NCBI GenBank assembly: GCA_014240165.1
Contig: JAAZXM010000006.1
Location: forward strand, 54,708-118,707
Length of the DNA: 64,000 nucleotides
Direction: 5' to 3'
From: Myxococcales bacterium
Lineage (GTDB): Bacteria > Myxococcota_A > UBA9160 > UBA4427
Below, one piece after another: positions 37,164 through 49,349 of the stretch. The translations under genes and the position numbers were made by a program. The notes beneath the pieces are model-generated. The model searched no databases. It saw only the letters and a program-made list of their open reading frames with translations, and was not told the DNA's origin. The first letter of the stretch is position 1, and each line of letters opens with the position of its first letter.

Positions 37164-37301
37164 GCGCAGGACAATAGATCGACCCTCTCGGTTCTGCCTG
37201 CGAGGTCACCTCAACGCTGACGGTTGGAAAATCCCCACGGTCAAACCCACTTCTCCAGCGACTGAAAGAGGCTTTGGGTACAGTCCCGGCCGGAGGAATT
37301 C

Positions 37302-38918
37302 ATGCACAGTCGTATCGCACCGATCTTGGCGTCGGCGATGGCCCTCGCTTGGGTCGCCGCTCCAGTTCACGGGCAGGCCCCGTCGCGGCCCATCGCGGCT
37401 TCGCCGCTCGCACCGAATACATCGATTCATACTCGCCCGCTGGATCTCTCCGAGGCCATATCGCTCGGCGTACAGAACAATCTCGGGGTCGAAGTGAATC
37501 GCTATTCGCCCTATATCGCCCAATACGAGAGCGAAGCGGCATGGGGTGCCTACAACCCGCTCTTCGAAGGCGAGATCGTCTACGGGGAGCAGACCGAGCA
37601 GAACGCGCTGATTACCAACGCCCCTTCCGAGAGCGACCAATTCAACGGGGCCGCCGCGATCTCGGCCCTGGTGCCGTATTGGGGCGGGATGCTCTCCGTG
37701 GACTTCGACGCCGGCCGTTCTCACACCGACTTTCCGCTTGAGCGCCTGAGCCCGAAATACGATTCTGGCCTGACCCTGGGCGTCACCGCGCCCCTCCTGC
37801 GGGGGCTCATCTGGAACGAGCCCTGGACCCAGGTGAAGCTCAGCCGACTCGGCTACGAGGCGCAGATCGACGACTTCACCACTTTGGTCATGGATATCGT
37901 CCTGGCCATCATCAGCGATTATTGGGTCCTGGTGGCCGACCAGGAGAAGGTGCGCGTCGCCGAGAAGAGCCTCGAGAGCAACCAGGCCCTCCACGAGCAG
38001 ACCAAGGTCCAATACGAGGTCGGGGTGGTCTCCAAGGTGGAGGTGATCCAGGCCGAGGCCGGGGTGGCGAACAGTGAATTCAACCTGATCCTCGCCCGCA
38101 ATGAGTACCGAAACTCCCAGGACCGCCTGATCGCGTCGGTGCTCGGCAACCGGCTTCAGGCGGATACCGCCCTGCAATTCCAGCCCACCGACAATCCCGC
38201 GTATACCCGGGTGGGGACCATCGATCTCAACGATGCGGTGAAAACCGCGTTCGCCCGGCGCCCCGAACTCGCTTCTGCCCGAAAGCAGGTCCAGCAAGGA
38301 GAAGTTGCGCTCAAATTTGCGAAGAACCAGCGCCTTCCCCGCTTCGATGTCAGCGTCCGCTACCGCACTCTCGGCACTACGGGACAAGATAACCCTACGC
38401 CACCCCCGCCTGGCTTCCCCGATGATCCACTCGAGAATATCGGAGGCTTCGGCGACACCTTCGACTACTACTACAGGCAAGGCGGCCCGAGGGAGTTGAC
38501 CGCATTCGGTGTCATTTCGATTCCTCTCGGAAACACCACTGGGCGCAAGAACGTGAGCCGGGCAAAAATTCAGCTTCGCCAGGCGGGTAGCCTGATCACC
38601 CAACTCGAGCAGGACATCATCGTCTCGGTCCGGCGCGCCGCCCGCGGCCTGCTGGCCTCGGCCCAGGGGGTCGAAGCCGCCGAACGCCGCCGGATCGCGG
38701 CTGCCGAGCAGCTCCGGGCCGAACAAATTCGGCTGGAACATGGCGAATCCACGCCCTTCGACGTACTCCAGCGTGAGCGGGACCTCGTGGACGCGGAGAG
38801 CCAGAAAATCAGCGCTCTTCAGGCCTTCCGCGTCTCCCAGGCTGCACTACAGCGCGAAGAAGGCACTATCCTCTCGGATCGCAACGTCGTGATCGACCAG
38901 GTCCGCAAGCTCGACTAA
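37302..38918 (+). CDS. TolC-family outer-membrane efflux protein
   Basis: Signal peptide and two repeated coiled-coil/beta halves typical of TolC (LSEAISLGVQNNL..., VRVAEKSLESNQALHEQTKVQYEVG...). Confidence 0.85.
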   Translation: MHSRIAPILASAMALAWVAAPVHGQAPSRPIAASPLAPNTSIHTRPLDLSEAISLGVQNNLGVEVNRYSPYIAQYESEAAWGAYNPLFEGEIVYGEQTEQNALITNAPSESDQFNGAAAISALVPYWGGMLSVDFDAGRSHTDFPLERLSPKYDSGLTLGVTAPLLRGLIWNEPWTQVKLSRLGYEAQIDDFTTLVMDIVLAIISDYWVLVADQEKVRVAEKSLESNQALHEQTKVQYEVGVVSKVEVIQAEAGVANSEFNLILARNEYRNSQDRLIASVLGNRLQADTALQFQPTDNPAYTRVGTIDLNDAVKTAFARRPELASARKQVQQGEVALKFAKNQRLPRFDVSVRYRTLGTTGQDNPTPPPPGFPDDPLENIGGFGDTFDYYYRQGGPRELTAFGVISIPLGNTTGRKNVSRAKIQLRQAGSLITQLEQDIIVSVRRAARGLLASAQGVEAAERRRIAAAEQLRAEQIRLEHGESTPFDVLQRERDLVDAESQKISALQAFRVSQAALQREEGTILSDRNVVIDQVRKLD

Positions 38919-38934
38919 TCGGGGTCTCGAATAG

Positions 38935-39528
38935 ATGTCATTATTTGGTAATCGAACCGCCAAGAACGACGCCACCGACGAGGGGGCCCAAACGAAGCCA
39001 GAGGGCTCCGGAGCGGCCAAGGGCGCGGGGGCCAAAGACGAATCTCGGACGAGCCGGAGCAGGGGCTTCGGAAGGACCGAGGGAAAGCAAGACGGCGGTT
39101 CGCCGTCCTCCAGGGGGAATTCCGTGGCAACGATAGGAAAGTCGATCATCTTCAAAGGCGAACTCACGGGCAGCGAAGATCTCGAGATCAACGGGACCGT
39201 CGAGGGCGATGTCAAACTTCCGGACAACACCCTGATCATTGGCCAGACCGGGCAAGTCAAAGCCTCGGTTTCCGCCAAATCCATCCTGATCGTGGGCAGG
39301 GTCAACGGAGACGTGACCGCCACCGAGCGTATTCAGCTCGAGGCTTCGGGCATCGTGGACGGTGACCTCCGAGCTCCCAAGCTGCTGGTCGAGGAAGGCG
39401 CCGTCATGAACGGGACAGTGGAAATGACGACGCGTCCGGCGGAGACCACGAAAGCAGCCGGGACGTCGGCGAGCCGAACCACTAGCGCGGCTTCGGAGAC
39501 CAACCCCGCGTCGCCACCGGCCAACTGA
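38935..39528 (+). CDS. Bactofilin (polymer-forming cytoskeletal protein) with disordered termini
   Basis: Core beta-helix pattern IGKSIIFKGELTGSEDLEINGTVEGDV...ILIVGRVNGDVTA...GIVDGDL...GAVMNGTVEM. Confidence 0.85.
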   Translation: MSLFGNRTAKNDATDEGAQTKPEGSGAAKGAGAKDESRTSRSRGFGRTEGKQDGGSPSSRGNSVATIGKSIIFKGELTGSEDLEINGTVEGDVKLPDNTLIIGQTGQVKASVSAKSILIVGRVNGDVTATERIQLEASGIVDGDLRAPKLLVEEGAVMNGTVEMTTRPAETTKAAGTSASRTTSAASETNPASPPAN

Positions 39529-39561
39529 GCCGCGCTCTTCGCCTCTCGCGGGCGCTCCGCT

Positions 39562-40548
39562 TCAGCTGGCGGCTTTCTGCCGCCCCAGCCCTTCCGCGCC
39601 ATCGCCTTCGAGAAGAAGCAGGAGCGGCGCGGCGACGTAGATCGATGAGTAGGTGCCCACCACGACACCGATCAGCATCGCGAACGCGAACGGTCGAATC
39701 ACCTCGCCCCCCAGGAAATAGAGGCAGGCCAGCACCGTGAGCGTGGTGCCCGAGGTCAGCACCGTTCGAGAGAGAGTCTGATTCACGCTCTCGTTCAGGA
39801 GCTCCGGCAGCGCCGCCTTGGTGCGCAATTCCATGTTCTCGCGGATCCGGTCGTAGATGATGATCGTATCGTTCAGGCTGTAGCCGAGAATCGCCAGCAT
39901 GGCGGCCAGGATACGCAGGTCGAACTCGAGCCCGAGGATCACGAAGATCCCCGCGGTCACGAGCAAATCGTGAATCACCGCGACCACTGCCCCGGGAGCG
40001 AAGCGCGAACTGAACCGGATGGTCACGTAGACAAGGATCGCCAGGCTCGCCCAAAACAGGGCAAGCAGGCCGTCAGAGCGCAATTCCCGGCCCACCCTGG
40101 GGCCAACGAAATCCACGCGCTCCACCGACAGCGGACCCACCCCCTCGGCCAGGGCCCCCTCGACCAATTCGACCCGATCGATGGAGGCTGTGACCACATC
40201 TTCGCCTGCGGGTTCAGCGGCGACGCGATCGAGATCCAATTCCTCGCCACCCTTGAACTTGATCAGGAATTCTCGGCTCGCGACGTCACCGAAGCGAACC
40301 ACCGAGGGATCATCCACCACGGCGGACTCCGCCAGAACGCTCCGAATCGTGCCCTCGTTGGCGCTGACACCGGCTTCGAAGCGCACCTGCATTTCGGTGC
40401 CGCCAGCGAAATCAACGCCTAGACGAATTCCCTGAACGGGGATCATCGCCAGGGATATGAGAATCACCAGCGCCGAAAGCGTGGCACAGATTTTCCCTCG
40501 ACCGATGAAATCGATCCGGGTTCCCGACGGTACGAGCTCGAAGGGCAA
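39562..40548 (-). CDS. secF: Protein translocase subunit SecF
   Basis: Typical SecF pattern and TM layout (IDFIGRGKICATLS..., LGYSLNDTIIIYDRIREN). Confidence 0.9.
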   Translation of the reverse strand: MPFELVPSGTRIDFIGRGKICATLSALVILISLAMIPVQGIRLGVDFAGGTEMQVRFEAGVSANEGTIRSVLAESAVVDDPSVVRFGDVASREFLIKFKGGEELDLDRVAAEPAGEDVVTASIDRVELVEGALAEGVGPLSVERVDFVGPRVGRELRSDGLLALFWASLAILVYVTIRFSSRFAPGAVVAVIHDLLVTAGIFVILGLEFDLRILAAMLAILGYSLNDTIIIYDRIRENMELRTKAALPELLNESVNQTLSRTVLTSGTTLTVLACLYFLGGEVIRPFAFAMLIGVVVGTYSSIYVAAPLLLLLEGDGAEGLGRQKAAS

Positions 40549-40560
40549 GACACTACCTCC

Positions 40561-42147
40561 CTAGATGGATAGATGGGGAACCGTACGTCCACCCGGATAG
40601 AGCATGAATAGAGTTCGCGTCACCACCAAGGCCGCGAAAACGCTGGTCAGAATACCCACAGAGAGGGTCACGGCGAATCCCTTGATCGGGCCAGTCCCGA
40701 ACTCGAAGAGAATCAACGCAGTGATCAGCGTCGTGATATTGGCATCGAGCACGGTAAATTTCGCGCGACTGAAGCCACGCGCCACGGCGGTCCGCGCATT
40801 TTTTCCAGCCCTGAGTTCTTCGCGAATGCGCTCGAAAATGATCACATTCGCGTCGATCGCCATACCCACGGTCAGCACCAGGCCGGCGATCCCCGGAAGC
40901 GTCAAGGTCGCCTCGAAAAGCGACATCACGCCCACCAGGAGGACCAGGTTGAATAGAAGGGCCAGGCTCGCGTAAAAACCGCTCAACCTGTAGTAGATCG
41001 CCGAGAAAAGCAGCACAAGGGCCAGACCGGCCACTGAAGCCCGGGTCCCCGACACGATGGAATCCTCTCCCAGCGCAGGCCCGACGCTTCGCTCCTCTTC
41101 GATCACCACCGGAACCGAGAGCGCGCCCGCGCGCAGCACCACCGCGAGATCGGCCGCCTGCTGCACCGTGAAGCGGCCCTCGATCTGGCCGTTGGTGGAG
41201 ATCCGGGAGCGAATCACCGGGGCGCTATAGACCTCCTCGTCGAGAATGATCGCGAGTTGGCTCCCGATATTCTCCTCGGTGAGTTGCCCGAAGATGCGTC
41301 CGCCTTCGGGGTTGAAGCGAAAAGTGACGAGTGGACGTTGCTGCTGGTCCCAATTGAGGCGCGCATCGTCCAAATAGTCACCTGTGAGGTCGGGCGCCTT
41401 GCTGAGGAGATAGGCCGAGACCACCTGCTCGCTCTCGGGATCCACCTCCACCGAGATCTCGTGATCCTCGGAGATGCCGTCCGGGTAGCGCGCCTCCAGG
41501 AGGGCGCGGGTATCGGCCCGATCCAGGACGATCTTGAACTCGAGAAAGCCCGTGGACTTCAGCAATTCCCGAGCGCGCCCGCGGTCGATCTGGCCGCCGG
41601 GAATCTGAACCAGAACCCGATCATCCCCCTGCCGGGTGACGACCGAATCCGGGATCCCACGTACGGGGTCGTCGATCCGCCGGCGCAGGACCTCGAGCAC
41701 CTGGGCCATGGTTCGCTCGCGAATTTCCTGGTTCCAATCATCGGTGAGTTGATAGATCGCCTGACCGCCGGTGCCGGGAACCTCCCGCAGCGAGCCCATA
41801 TCCGTCACCAGGCCGGCCACGACATCGGCATCCTTGGGCGCGATGCCTACGATCTCGAGGCGACCGTTCTCCACGACGATGCTCTGAACAGTCGCGCGCT
41901 GCTCTTCGAATTGTTCCAACAGGTTCGAGCGCAAAAATTCGAGTTCGTGCTTCACCGCTTCGCCGATGGCGACGCCCACCACCCAATGGATCCCGCCCTG
42001 GAGGTCGAGCCCCAGGCGAATCGATTCATCGGGCCAGAAGTCGCTCTGCTGCCGCTCCTCCTTGGGAACGAAATTCCCCAACGTAACGACGGAAAAAATC
42101 AGGATCAGGGCCACAAGCGAGCCAGCCCTCCATGTCAAACCACTCAC
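40561..42147 (-). CDS. secD: Protein translocase subunit SecD
   Basis: LGLDLQGGIHWV and GMAIDANVIIFERIREE, characteristic of SecD. Confidence 0.9.
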   Translation of the reverse strand: MSGLTWRAGSLVALILIFSVVTLGNFVPKEERQQSDFWPDESIRLGLDLQGGIHWVVGVAIGEAVKHELEFLRSNLLEQFEEQRATVQSIVVENGRLEIVGIAPKDADVVAGLVTDMGSLREVPGTGGQAIYQLTDDWNQEIRERTMAQVLEVLRRRIDDPVRGIPDSVVTRQGDDRVLVQIPGGQIDRGRARELLKSTGFLEFKIVLDRADTRALLEARYPDGISEDHEISVEVDPESEQVVSAYLLSKAPDLTGDYLDDARLNWDQQQRPLVTFRFNPEGGRIFGQLTEENIGSQLAIILDEEVYSAPVIRSRISTNGQIEGRFTVQQAADLAVVLRAGALSVPVVIEEERSVGPALGEDSIVSGTRASVAGLALVLLFSAIYYRLSGFYASLALLFNLVLLVGVMSLFEATLTLPGIAGLVLTVGMAIDANVIIFERIREELRAGKNARTAVARGFSRAKFTVLDANITTLITALILFEFGTGPIKGFAVTLSVGILTSVFAALVVTRTLFMLYPGGRTVPHLSI

Positions 42148-42491
42148 TTTCCGTCCTCCCCTTCGCTCTCAGCCGAGCGCCGCACGCTTCCGATTCCCGT
42201 GCGCGCGACCTCCACCTCCACCCGGGCTCCACCCTTCACGCGGGCGATTTCCACGGTCACGGACTCGTCGGCCACCTCTGTCACCAGGCCGTGAATGCCT
42301 CCCGCCGTGACCACCCGATCGCCCCGAACCAGGGATCGAATGGACTCGTCCCGCTCCTTTTGCTGCCGCTGCTGGGGGCGGATGACCAGAAAGTAAAAGA
42401 TCAGGAAGATCGCCCCCATCATCAAAAAGAAGCTGGGGTCGAACGCTTCGCCCTGTGCCTGAAGAAGCACGGTGGAGGGAATACCCATCAT
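42144..42491 (-). CDS. yajC: Preprotein translocase subunit YajC
   Basis: FLVIRPQQRQQKERDESIRSLVRGDRVVTAGGIHG pattern. 4-nt overlap with secD. Confidence 0.85.
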   Translation of the reverse strand: MMGIPSTVLLQAQGEAFDPSFFLMMGAIFLIFYFLVIRPQQRQQKERDESIRSLVRGDRVVTAGGIHGLVTEVADESVTVEIARVKGGARVEVEVARTGIGSVRRSAESEGEDGK

Positions 42492-42581
42492 CCGTGCCCA
42501 GCAGTCTCAATGGTTCGTGTCATCCTGCACTCCTTCGATCGCGCGGCGGCGAGCCGGACCCGACGCCCGCCGAGAAACCGT

Positions 42582-43727
42582 TCAGCGGCCCGCAAACTCC
42601 TCGCCGTCGCCAAAATGGCGTCCCCAGCGAGTGAGTTTCGTACCCGGATAAAAGCTCTTCAAGATCTCAGTGTAGAGGGCCCCGCGCCGCGCCATCCCCT
42701 GGGCTCCCCATTGACTCATTCCGACTCCATGGCCCCGCCCCGAGCCGACAAAAACGAATGCCCCATCCCCGGAACTCAATTCAAAGAGCGTACTTTTGAG
42801 GGTAGATTCACCCAGAGCAGATCTCAGCTTGGTCCCCGAGAGCACCGTCACCCCTTCGCGACCCTTCACGCGTATCCGGAGTACGCGACCACTCTCGGAC
42901 CGCGCGACAACCTGCAAACTATTCACCAACCCGACATCGCGCCCGGCTGCGGCCAGAGCCCGGCTCATTGTCGTGCGAGAAATCCTCGCCCGCCAGTATG
43001 TATCGGGCGAGTCCTCCTCGCCCTTGACCTCGGTGCTCGTCAAATACGAAAGGTCTTCGCCCCAGACCTCACGCGCGCTTGCCGTCCGGCCCCCCGATGC
43101 CGAGTGAAAAGCGGCGAGAATCGGCGCACCCCGCCAGGTCAGGACCTCGCAGCGTGTGGCCTCCACGGCCCGGGCAAAGGGCGCGGACGGGCTGCCCCAC
43201 TTGAAGACCTGATTCCGGGTATCCGCCGCCACGTGATAGCCGCGACGGGCGTTCTGGGCCCTCTGATGGAGCCCGTAGCTGCGGCTCACGACCGCCTGGG
43301 CCCGGAGCGCCTCGTCCTCCCAGCGCGCCGGAACCTCGCCCATCAGGACTCCCGCCACGTAGGCTTCCAGGGGCACTTCGGCAATCACCGCCAGTTCTCC
43401 TCGGTCGGGGACGACGCTGAGACGCCCGGGGACGCGGCGGCCGCCCAGGCTGGCCGCTCCAGGACCGCTAGTCCAATCCGCCCGAGAAACACCGTTCACC
43501 CTCAACCGCCCGTCAGACGAAGCCTCAAACGCGTGCTGCTTGCCCTGGCTCACCACGCTGAACTCGGCACCCGGCCGAGCCAGCAGGACCCGAATCGTGG
43601 TATCGCAGGCCGGACCCGCGAGCGCGCGCACCGGTACAAGGGCGACCATAACGATCGCCGTCACCAGCCCGACCCGTCCCCCCGCGAGAATGGCCTGCAT
43701 TGCGGCGTCTTGATCGCACGAAGTCAC
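42582..43727 (-). CDS. SpoIID/LytB-domain protein (peptidoglycan lytic transglycosylase / amidase enhancer family)
   Basis: Signal peptide and C-terminal GSGRGHGVGMSQWGAQGMA motif. Confidence 0.8.
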   Translation of the reverse strand: MTSCDQDAAMQAILAGGRVGLVTAIVMVALVPVRALAGPACDTTIRVLLARPGAEFSVVSQGKQHAFEASSDGRLRVNGVSRADWTSGPGAASLGGRRVPGRLSVVPDRGELAVIAEVPLEAYVAGVLMGEVPARWEDEALRAQAVVSRSYGLHQRAQNARRGYHVAADTRNQVFKWGSPSAPFARAVEATRCEVLTWRGAPILAAFHSASGGRTASAREVWGEDLSYLTSTEVKGEEDSPDTYWRARISRTTMSRALAAAGRDVGLVNSLQVVARSESGRVLRIRVKGREGVTVLSGTKLRSALGESTLKSTLFELSSGDGAFVFVGSGRGHGVGMSQWGAQGMARRGALYTEILKSFYPGTKLTRWGRHFGDGEEFAGR

Positions 43728-43778
43728 TGCCGGGTCAAGGGAATCCCCTAGGATTGTTGCCCTCGACCGTGGCCCGGA

Positions 43779-44942
43779 TCAGAGATCGCCGCGAATCGCC
43801 TCGGCGCGATCGGTCTCCTCCCAGGGAAAGCCGGCGTCCTCGCGCCCGAAATGACCGTGGTAGGAAGTGGCCCGGTAGATGGGGCGACGCAGGTTCAGCA
43901 TCTCGTCGATGCCCCGCGGTGTCAGGTCGAAGTGCTTCCGGACAATCTGCTCGAGGCGCTCCATATCGAGATCACTGGTGCCAAAAGTCTCCACCCGGAT
44001 CGAGAGCGGCTCGGCCACGCCGATCGCGTAGGCGAGTTGCACCTCGCAACGGCTGGCGGCTCCCGCGGCGACCAGATTCTTGGCCACGTAGCGACTCGCA
44101 TAGGCGGCACTCCGGTCGACCTTCGAGGGATCCTTGCCCGAGAAGGCGCCACCCCCATGGCGCCCCATGCCGCCATAGGTATCGACGATGATCTTGCGCC
44201 CCGTCAGCCCCGCATCGCCCATGGGGCCACCCACCACGAAGCGTCCGGTGGGGTTGACGTGGATGATCGTGTCGTTGTCCATCAACTCGGCGGGGATGGT
44301 CGAGCGAATGATCTTCTCGATGATTTCATCCCTCAGCTTGTCGTAGCTGACATCCGGCGAGTGTTGGGTTGACACCACCGCGGTGTCGATCCGTGCCGGA
44401 GCCCCGGCGTCATCGTATTGGACCGTCACCTGGCTCTTGGCGTCCGGGCGCAGGAAATCGAGTTCCCCCGATTCGAAACAGCTTCGATGGGCCTCGATGA
44501 GTTTGTGGGCATAGCGGATCGGCGCTGGCATCAATTCCGGGGTTTCGTCGCACGCGTAGCCGAACATCATGCCCTGGTCGCCGGCCCCCTGTTCCTTGTG
44601 GAGGCCCTCCCCTTCGCTCACCCCCTGGGAAATGTCGGGTGATTGTCTGCCCAGGGCCACCATCACGGCACAGGTGGATGCATCGAAACCCATATCGGAA
44701 CCGGTGTATCCGATGTCGTGGACCACATTGCGCACCAGCGGCTGGAGGTCGACTTCCGCGGAGGTCGTCACCTCGCCGCAGAGCAGCACCAACCCGGTCG
44801 TCGTCGCGGTTTCGCAGGCGACCCGAGACGCGGGGTCCTGGGCCAGCATGGCGTCCAGCACGGCGTCTGAAATCTGGTCGCACATTTTGTCCGGGTGCCC
44901 CATGGACACGGACTCCGAAGTAAAGAACGAACGTCTGGCCAT
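43779..44942 (-). CDS. metK: S-adenosylmethionine synthetase
   Basis: [32 protein letters not shown] and [16 protein letters not shown]. Confidence 0.95.
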   Translation of the reverse strand: MARRSFFTSESVSMGHPDKMCDQISDAVLDAMLAQDPASRVACETATTTGLVLLCGEVTTSAEVDLQPLVRNVVHDIGYTGSDMGFDASTCAVMVALGRQSPDISQGVSEGEGLHKEQGAGDQGMMFGYACDETPELMPAPIRYAHKLIEAHRSCFESGELDFLRPDAKSQVTVQYDDAGAPARIDTAVVSTQHSPDVSYDKLRDEIIEKIIRSTIPAELMDNDTIIHVNPTGRFVVGGPMGDAGLTGRKIIVDTYGGMGRHGGGAFSGKDPSKVDRSAAYASRYVAKNLVAAGAASRCEVQLAYAIGVAEPLSIRVETFGTSDLDMERLEQIVRKHFDLTPRGIDEMLNLRRPIYRATSYHGHFGREDAGFPWEETDRAEAIRGDL

Positions 44943-45096
44943 CTCGAATTCTCCCGCTTCCGTGGCGCCGTCTGCCTCGCAGACCGGTCCCCGCCTTTGA
45001 AGTCATTCCCGCGCGCCTGAAGCCCTTCCAGTCGACGCTGAGGCCCCGCGCGAGCCACGCACTGTAGGCAAGGCAAGAGAGGCCTGAAACCCCCAC

Positions 45097-45375
45097 TCAG
45101 CCTGCCCCGTCGGTCTCCAGAAGGGAGCCGAGTTCGCTGACGGCCTGCTCGGCATCCGCGCCCTCGGCGCGGATCTTGAGAGTGCTGCCATGTTCCGCCG
45201 CCAGGGAGAGAATCGACAATATGCTGCAACCGCTGACCCATTCATCGCCCCGCCCCACCGTAATTTCGCTGGTAAAACGATTGGCCAGGGAAACGAATTG
45301 CCCGGCCGGGCGAGCGTGTAGACCGAGTTCGGCGCGCACCTTGAAGGAGCGCTCGACGACGCCGTCGGCGGTCAT
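45097..45375 (-). CDS. ptsH: Phosphocarrier protein HPr/NPr
   Basis: GLHARPA (His15 region) and a Ser46-like region, GCSILSILSL. Confidence 0.85.
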   Translation of the reverse strand: MTADGVVERSFKVRAELGLHARPAGQFVSLANRFTSEITVGRGDEWVSGCSILSILSLAAEHGSTLKIRAEGADAEQAVSELGSLLETDGAG

Positions 45376-45785
45376 CAGGCGCCCTCTTCCGGGAGAATCT
45401 GGCTGGCTACGGAGATGTTCCGCTGACCGTAATCCTTGATGAAAATCGCCAACTCTTCGAGGCTCTTGTTGTCCTTGAGAGTCGCCAACTTCACCAACAT
45501 GGGCAGGTTCATCCCCGTCACGATCTCGACGTGATGCTCGTCGTGGAAGGAGAGCGCCACGTTCGAGGGCGTCCCGCCGAACATATCGGTGAGGATCAAC
45601 ACGCCGTCACTCTCGTCAGCGCTGCGGATCTCGGCGAGGATTCTCCCGCGCATTTCCTCGAGCTTTTCCGAAGGATCGAGGGAAATCGACCGAATGCCTT
45701 CGACATCCGGAACGATCAGCTTCAGGGCGCGAAGAAATTCCTTGCCGAGATCGCAGTGCGTCACGATGACCACGCCCACTGCCAT
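45375..45785 (-). CDS. PTS EIIA component, mannose/fructose family
   Basis: MAVGVVIVTHCDLGKEF (active-site His) and TDMFGGTPSN. Start at ATG 45785 overlaps the rapZ stop by 1 nt. Confidence 0.8.
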   Translation of the reverse strand: MAVGVVIVTHCDLGKEFLRALKLIVPDVEGIRSISLDPSEKLEEMRGRILAEIRSADESDGVLILTDMFGGTPSNVALSFHDEHHVEIVTGMNLPMLVKLATLKDNKSLEELAIFIKDYGQRNISVASQILPEEGA

Positions 45786-46654
45786 CAGGCTCTCTCCACA
45801 TCTCGATGGACCACGCCCACCTCGCGCCCCATCTCCCCCAGCCAGGCCGCGATGGCTTCGGTGATCGCCACCGACCGGTGGCGCCCGCCGGTGCATCCGA
45901 TACCGATCGTCACGTACGCTTTTCCTTCATCATCATAGAGCGGCAACATATAGGCGATGAATTCCTTCAGACGCCCAAGAAATTCGCGTCCGCGAGCGCT
46001 CTCCAGAACGTGGTCGGAAACGACTTTTTCGCGACCCGTCAGATCTCTCAATTCCTCTTCGAAATAGGGATTGGGGAGGAAGCGCATGTCGAAGAGCAAC
46101 TCCACCGCCTGGGGAGTACCGTAGCGAAAGCCGAAGGAAATGAGGCTGATCACCGTGGGGCGCCTGTCCCCCAAGATATGGGCCGTAACGCTCGCCTTGA
46201 GATCGTGGACATTCAGGCTGGTGGTATCGATGATTTGATCTGCCAGGGCGGCCGCATCCGCCAACAGCGCCCGCTCGCGCGCAACCCCCTGGGCCACGCT
46301 GCCCTCGGGCGACAAGGGATGTACCCTACGCGTCTCCCTGTAGCGCTTTCCGATCACCTCGTCGGCACAGTCGAGAAAGAGCACTTCCACCCGTCGACCC
46401 GAAGCTTTTATATCCGCCGCCACGGCGGGAAAACTCCGCAGAAAACGCTCCTCCCGGGCGTCCACCGCCAGGGCGATGCGCTCCACCGGCGGGTTGGACG
46501 AAGCACATAGATTGATGAATTGGCTGACCAACTGGGCAGGCAAATTGTCGACGCAGTAGAAGCCGAGATCCTCCAGGGCCGCCATGGCGGTACTCTTTCC
46601 GCTCCCCGAGAGTCCGGCGACGAAAACGAGATGCGGTACAGCCGCCCCACTCAT
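45785..46654 (-). CDS. rapZ: RNase adapter protein RapZ (YhbJ family P-loop NTPase)
   Basis: VFVAGLSGSGKSTAMAALEDLGFYCVDNLP and C-terminal GCTGGRHRSV. Confidence 0.9.
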   Translation of the reverse strand: MSGAAVPHLVFVAGLSGSGKSTAMAALEDLGFYCVDNLPAQLVSQFINLCASSNPPVERIALAVDAREERFLRSFPAVAADIKASGRRVEVLFLDCADEVIGKRYRETRRVHPLSPEGSVAQGVARERALLADAAALADQIIDTTSLNVHDLKASVTAHILGDRRPTVISLISFGFRYGTPQAVELLFDMRFLPNPYFEEELRDLTGREKVVSDHVLESARGREFLGRLKEFIAYMLPLYDDEGKAYVTIGIGCTGGRHRSVAITEAIAAWLGEMGREVGVVHRDVERA

Positions 46655-47214
46655 GAATTCCCCCCTTGCGCGGCCCGACCCATACCGGCCGAGCGCGATT
46701 TCAGCCGGTCATCAAGGCGTCGCGCGGCATTCACCCCCCGGCGACGACTCTGAAAATCGAGCGTCGCCACCTCGATCAGGGTCGCCATGCTCCGGGCCGG
46801 CCGCACCGGCAGGGTCAGTACGGGAACCAGCACCCCAAGCACTTCTTCCTGCGGCCGCTCGAGACCGATCCGCTCGTACTCCACGCCCTCTTGCCACGCC
46901 TCGAGCCGACAGATCAAATCGAGTTGCACCTGGTCAAGAACCGCATCGGCACCATAGAGTTCCTCGATCTGGAGCAGGCCCACGCCCCGCAATTCCATGT
47001 AGTGCCGGATCAGTTCCGGAGATCGGCCGATCACCACTGGCTCCGAAGCATCGGTCTGGCAGAGTTCCAGCCGGACCACGTCGTCCGCAACCAGTTTATG
47101 CCCGCGCTGAACGAGCTCGAGCGCGCATTCGCTCTTGCCGACACCGCTCTCACCCTGAACCAACACCCCGACCCGGTGAACCTCGACCAGTGAGGCGTGT
47201 ATCTGAAGGTCCAC
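46651..47214 (-). CDS. hprK: HPr kinase/phosphorylase, short form (C-terminal catalytic domain only)
   Basis: GESGVGKSECALEL Walker A and ELRGVGLL. At 187 aa it lacks the N-terminal domain of the Firmicute enzyme. Confidence 0.85.
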   Translation of the reverse strand: MDLQIHASLVEVHRVGVLVQGESGVGKSECALELVQRGHKLVADDVVRLELCQTDASEPVVIGRSPELIRHYMELRGVGLLQIEELYGADAVLDQVQLDLICRLEAWQEGVEYERIGLERPQEEVLGVLVPVLTLPVRPARSMATLIEVATLDFQSRRRGVNAARRLDDRLKSRSAGMGRAAQGGNS

Positions 47215-47261
47215 TGCGCTCTCCCCACCCCGCTTCAGCGCGCTCGCCCTTCCGGGGGCAT

Positions 47262-47726
47262 TCAGAACTTCTCGTCTTCCCCCTCGATCACCTTCAGCAC
47301 TTCGTCGAGACCCGCAGCCTCGCTGAGCTGCTTTCGAAAGTCATCATGCCGACAGAAGCGGGAAATTCGGGCCAGCGCCTTGAGATGCTGGCGGCCCCCG
47401 GCGTGCTCGGGAACGACCAGGAGAAAAAAGAGATGAGTCGGCTGGCCATCGATCGACTCGAAATCCACGCCGGCACCACTTCGTGCGAAGCCCGCTACGA
47501 GGCCATCCAGACCGGGCAACTTCCCGTGAGGAATCGCCACACCTTCCCCGATCCCCGTGCTCTGAAGCGCCTCGCGCTCCCGAAGCACCTCGAGCAGACG
47601 ATCCGCATCGACGGCGGGCACAGCCGCCGCCAGCGCCTGGGCCATCTGCCCAAGAACCTCGTCCTTGTTGTCCGCAACCACGTCCAGAATGACCGCATCC
47701 CGAACGAGGATATCCATGATCCGCAT
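47262..47726 (-). CDS. ptsN: PTS EIIA-Ntr
   Basis: STGIGEGVAIPHGKL (phospho-His region) and FFLLVVP. Confidence 0.85.
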   Translation of the reverse strand: MRIMDILVRDAVILDVVADNKDEVLGQMAQALAAAVPAVDADRLLEVLREREALQSTGIGEGVAIPHGKLPGLDGLVAGFARSGAGVDFESIDGQPTHLFFLLVVPEHAGGRQHLKALARISRFCRHDDFRKQLSEAAGLDEVLKVIEGEDEKF

Positions 47727-47762
47727 GCCGCCTCCTTGCTTGGCGGCCGGAAATCTATCTCA

Positions 47763-49349
<1,587 letters not shown>

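Noticed and set aside
44943-45096. Possible SAM riboswitch in the 154-nt metK leader (minus strand). It contains a GTCTGC-GAG-GCAGAC hairpin and a GGCGGGGACCGG segment vaguely like the SAM-I core.
   Set aside because: I could not find the other conserved SAM-I elements (GGTGCYAAWTCC, closing P1), nor a SAM-II/V pseudoknot pattern. An Rfam/Infernal scan would settle it.
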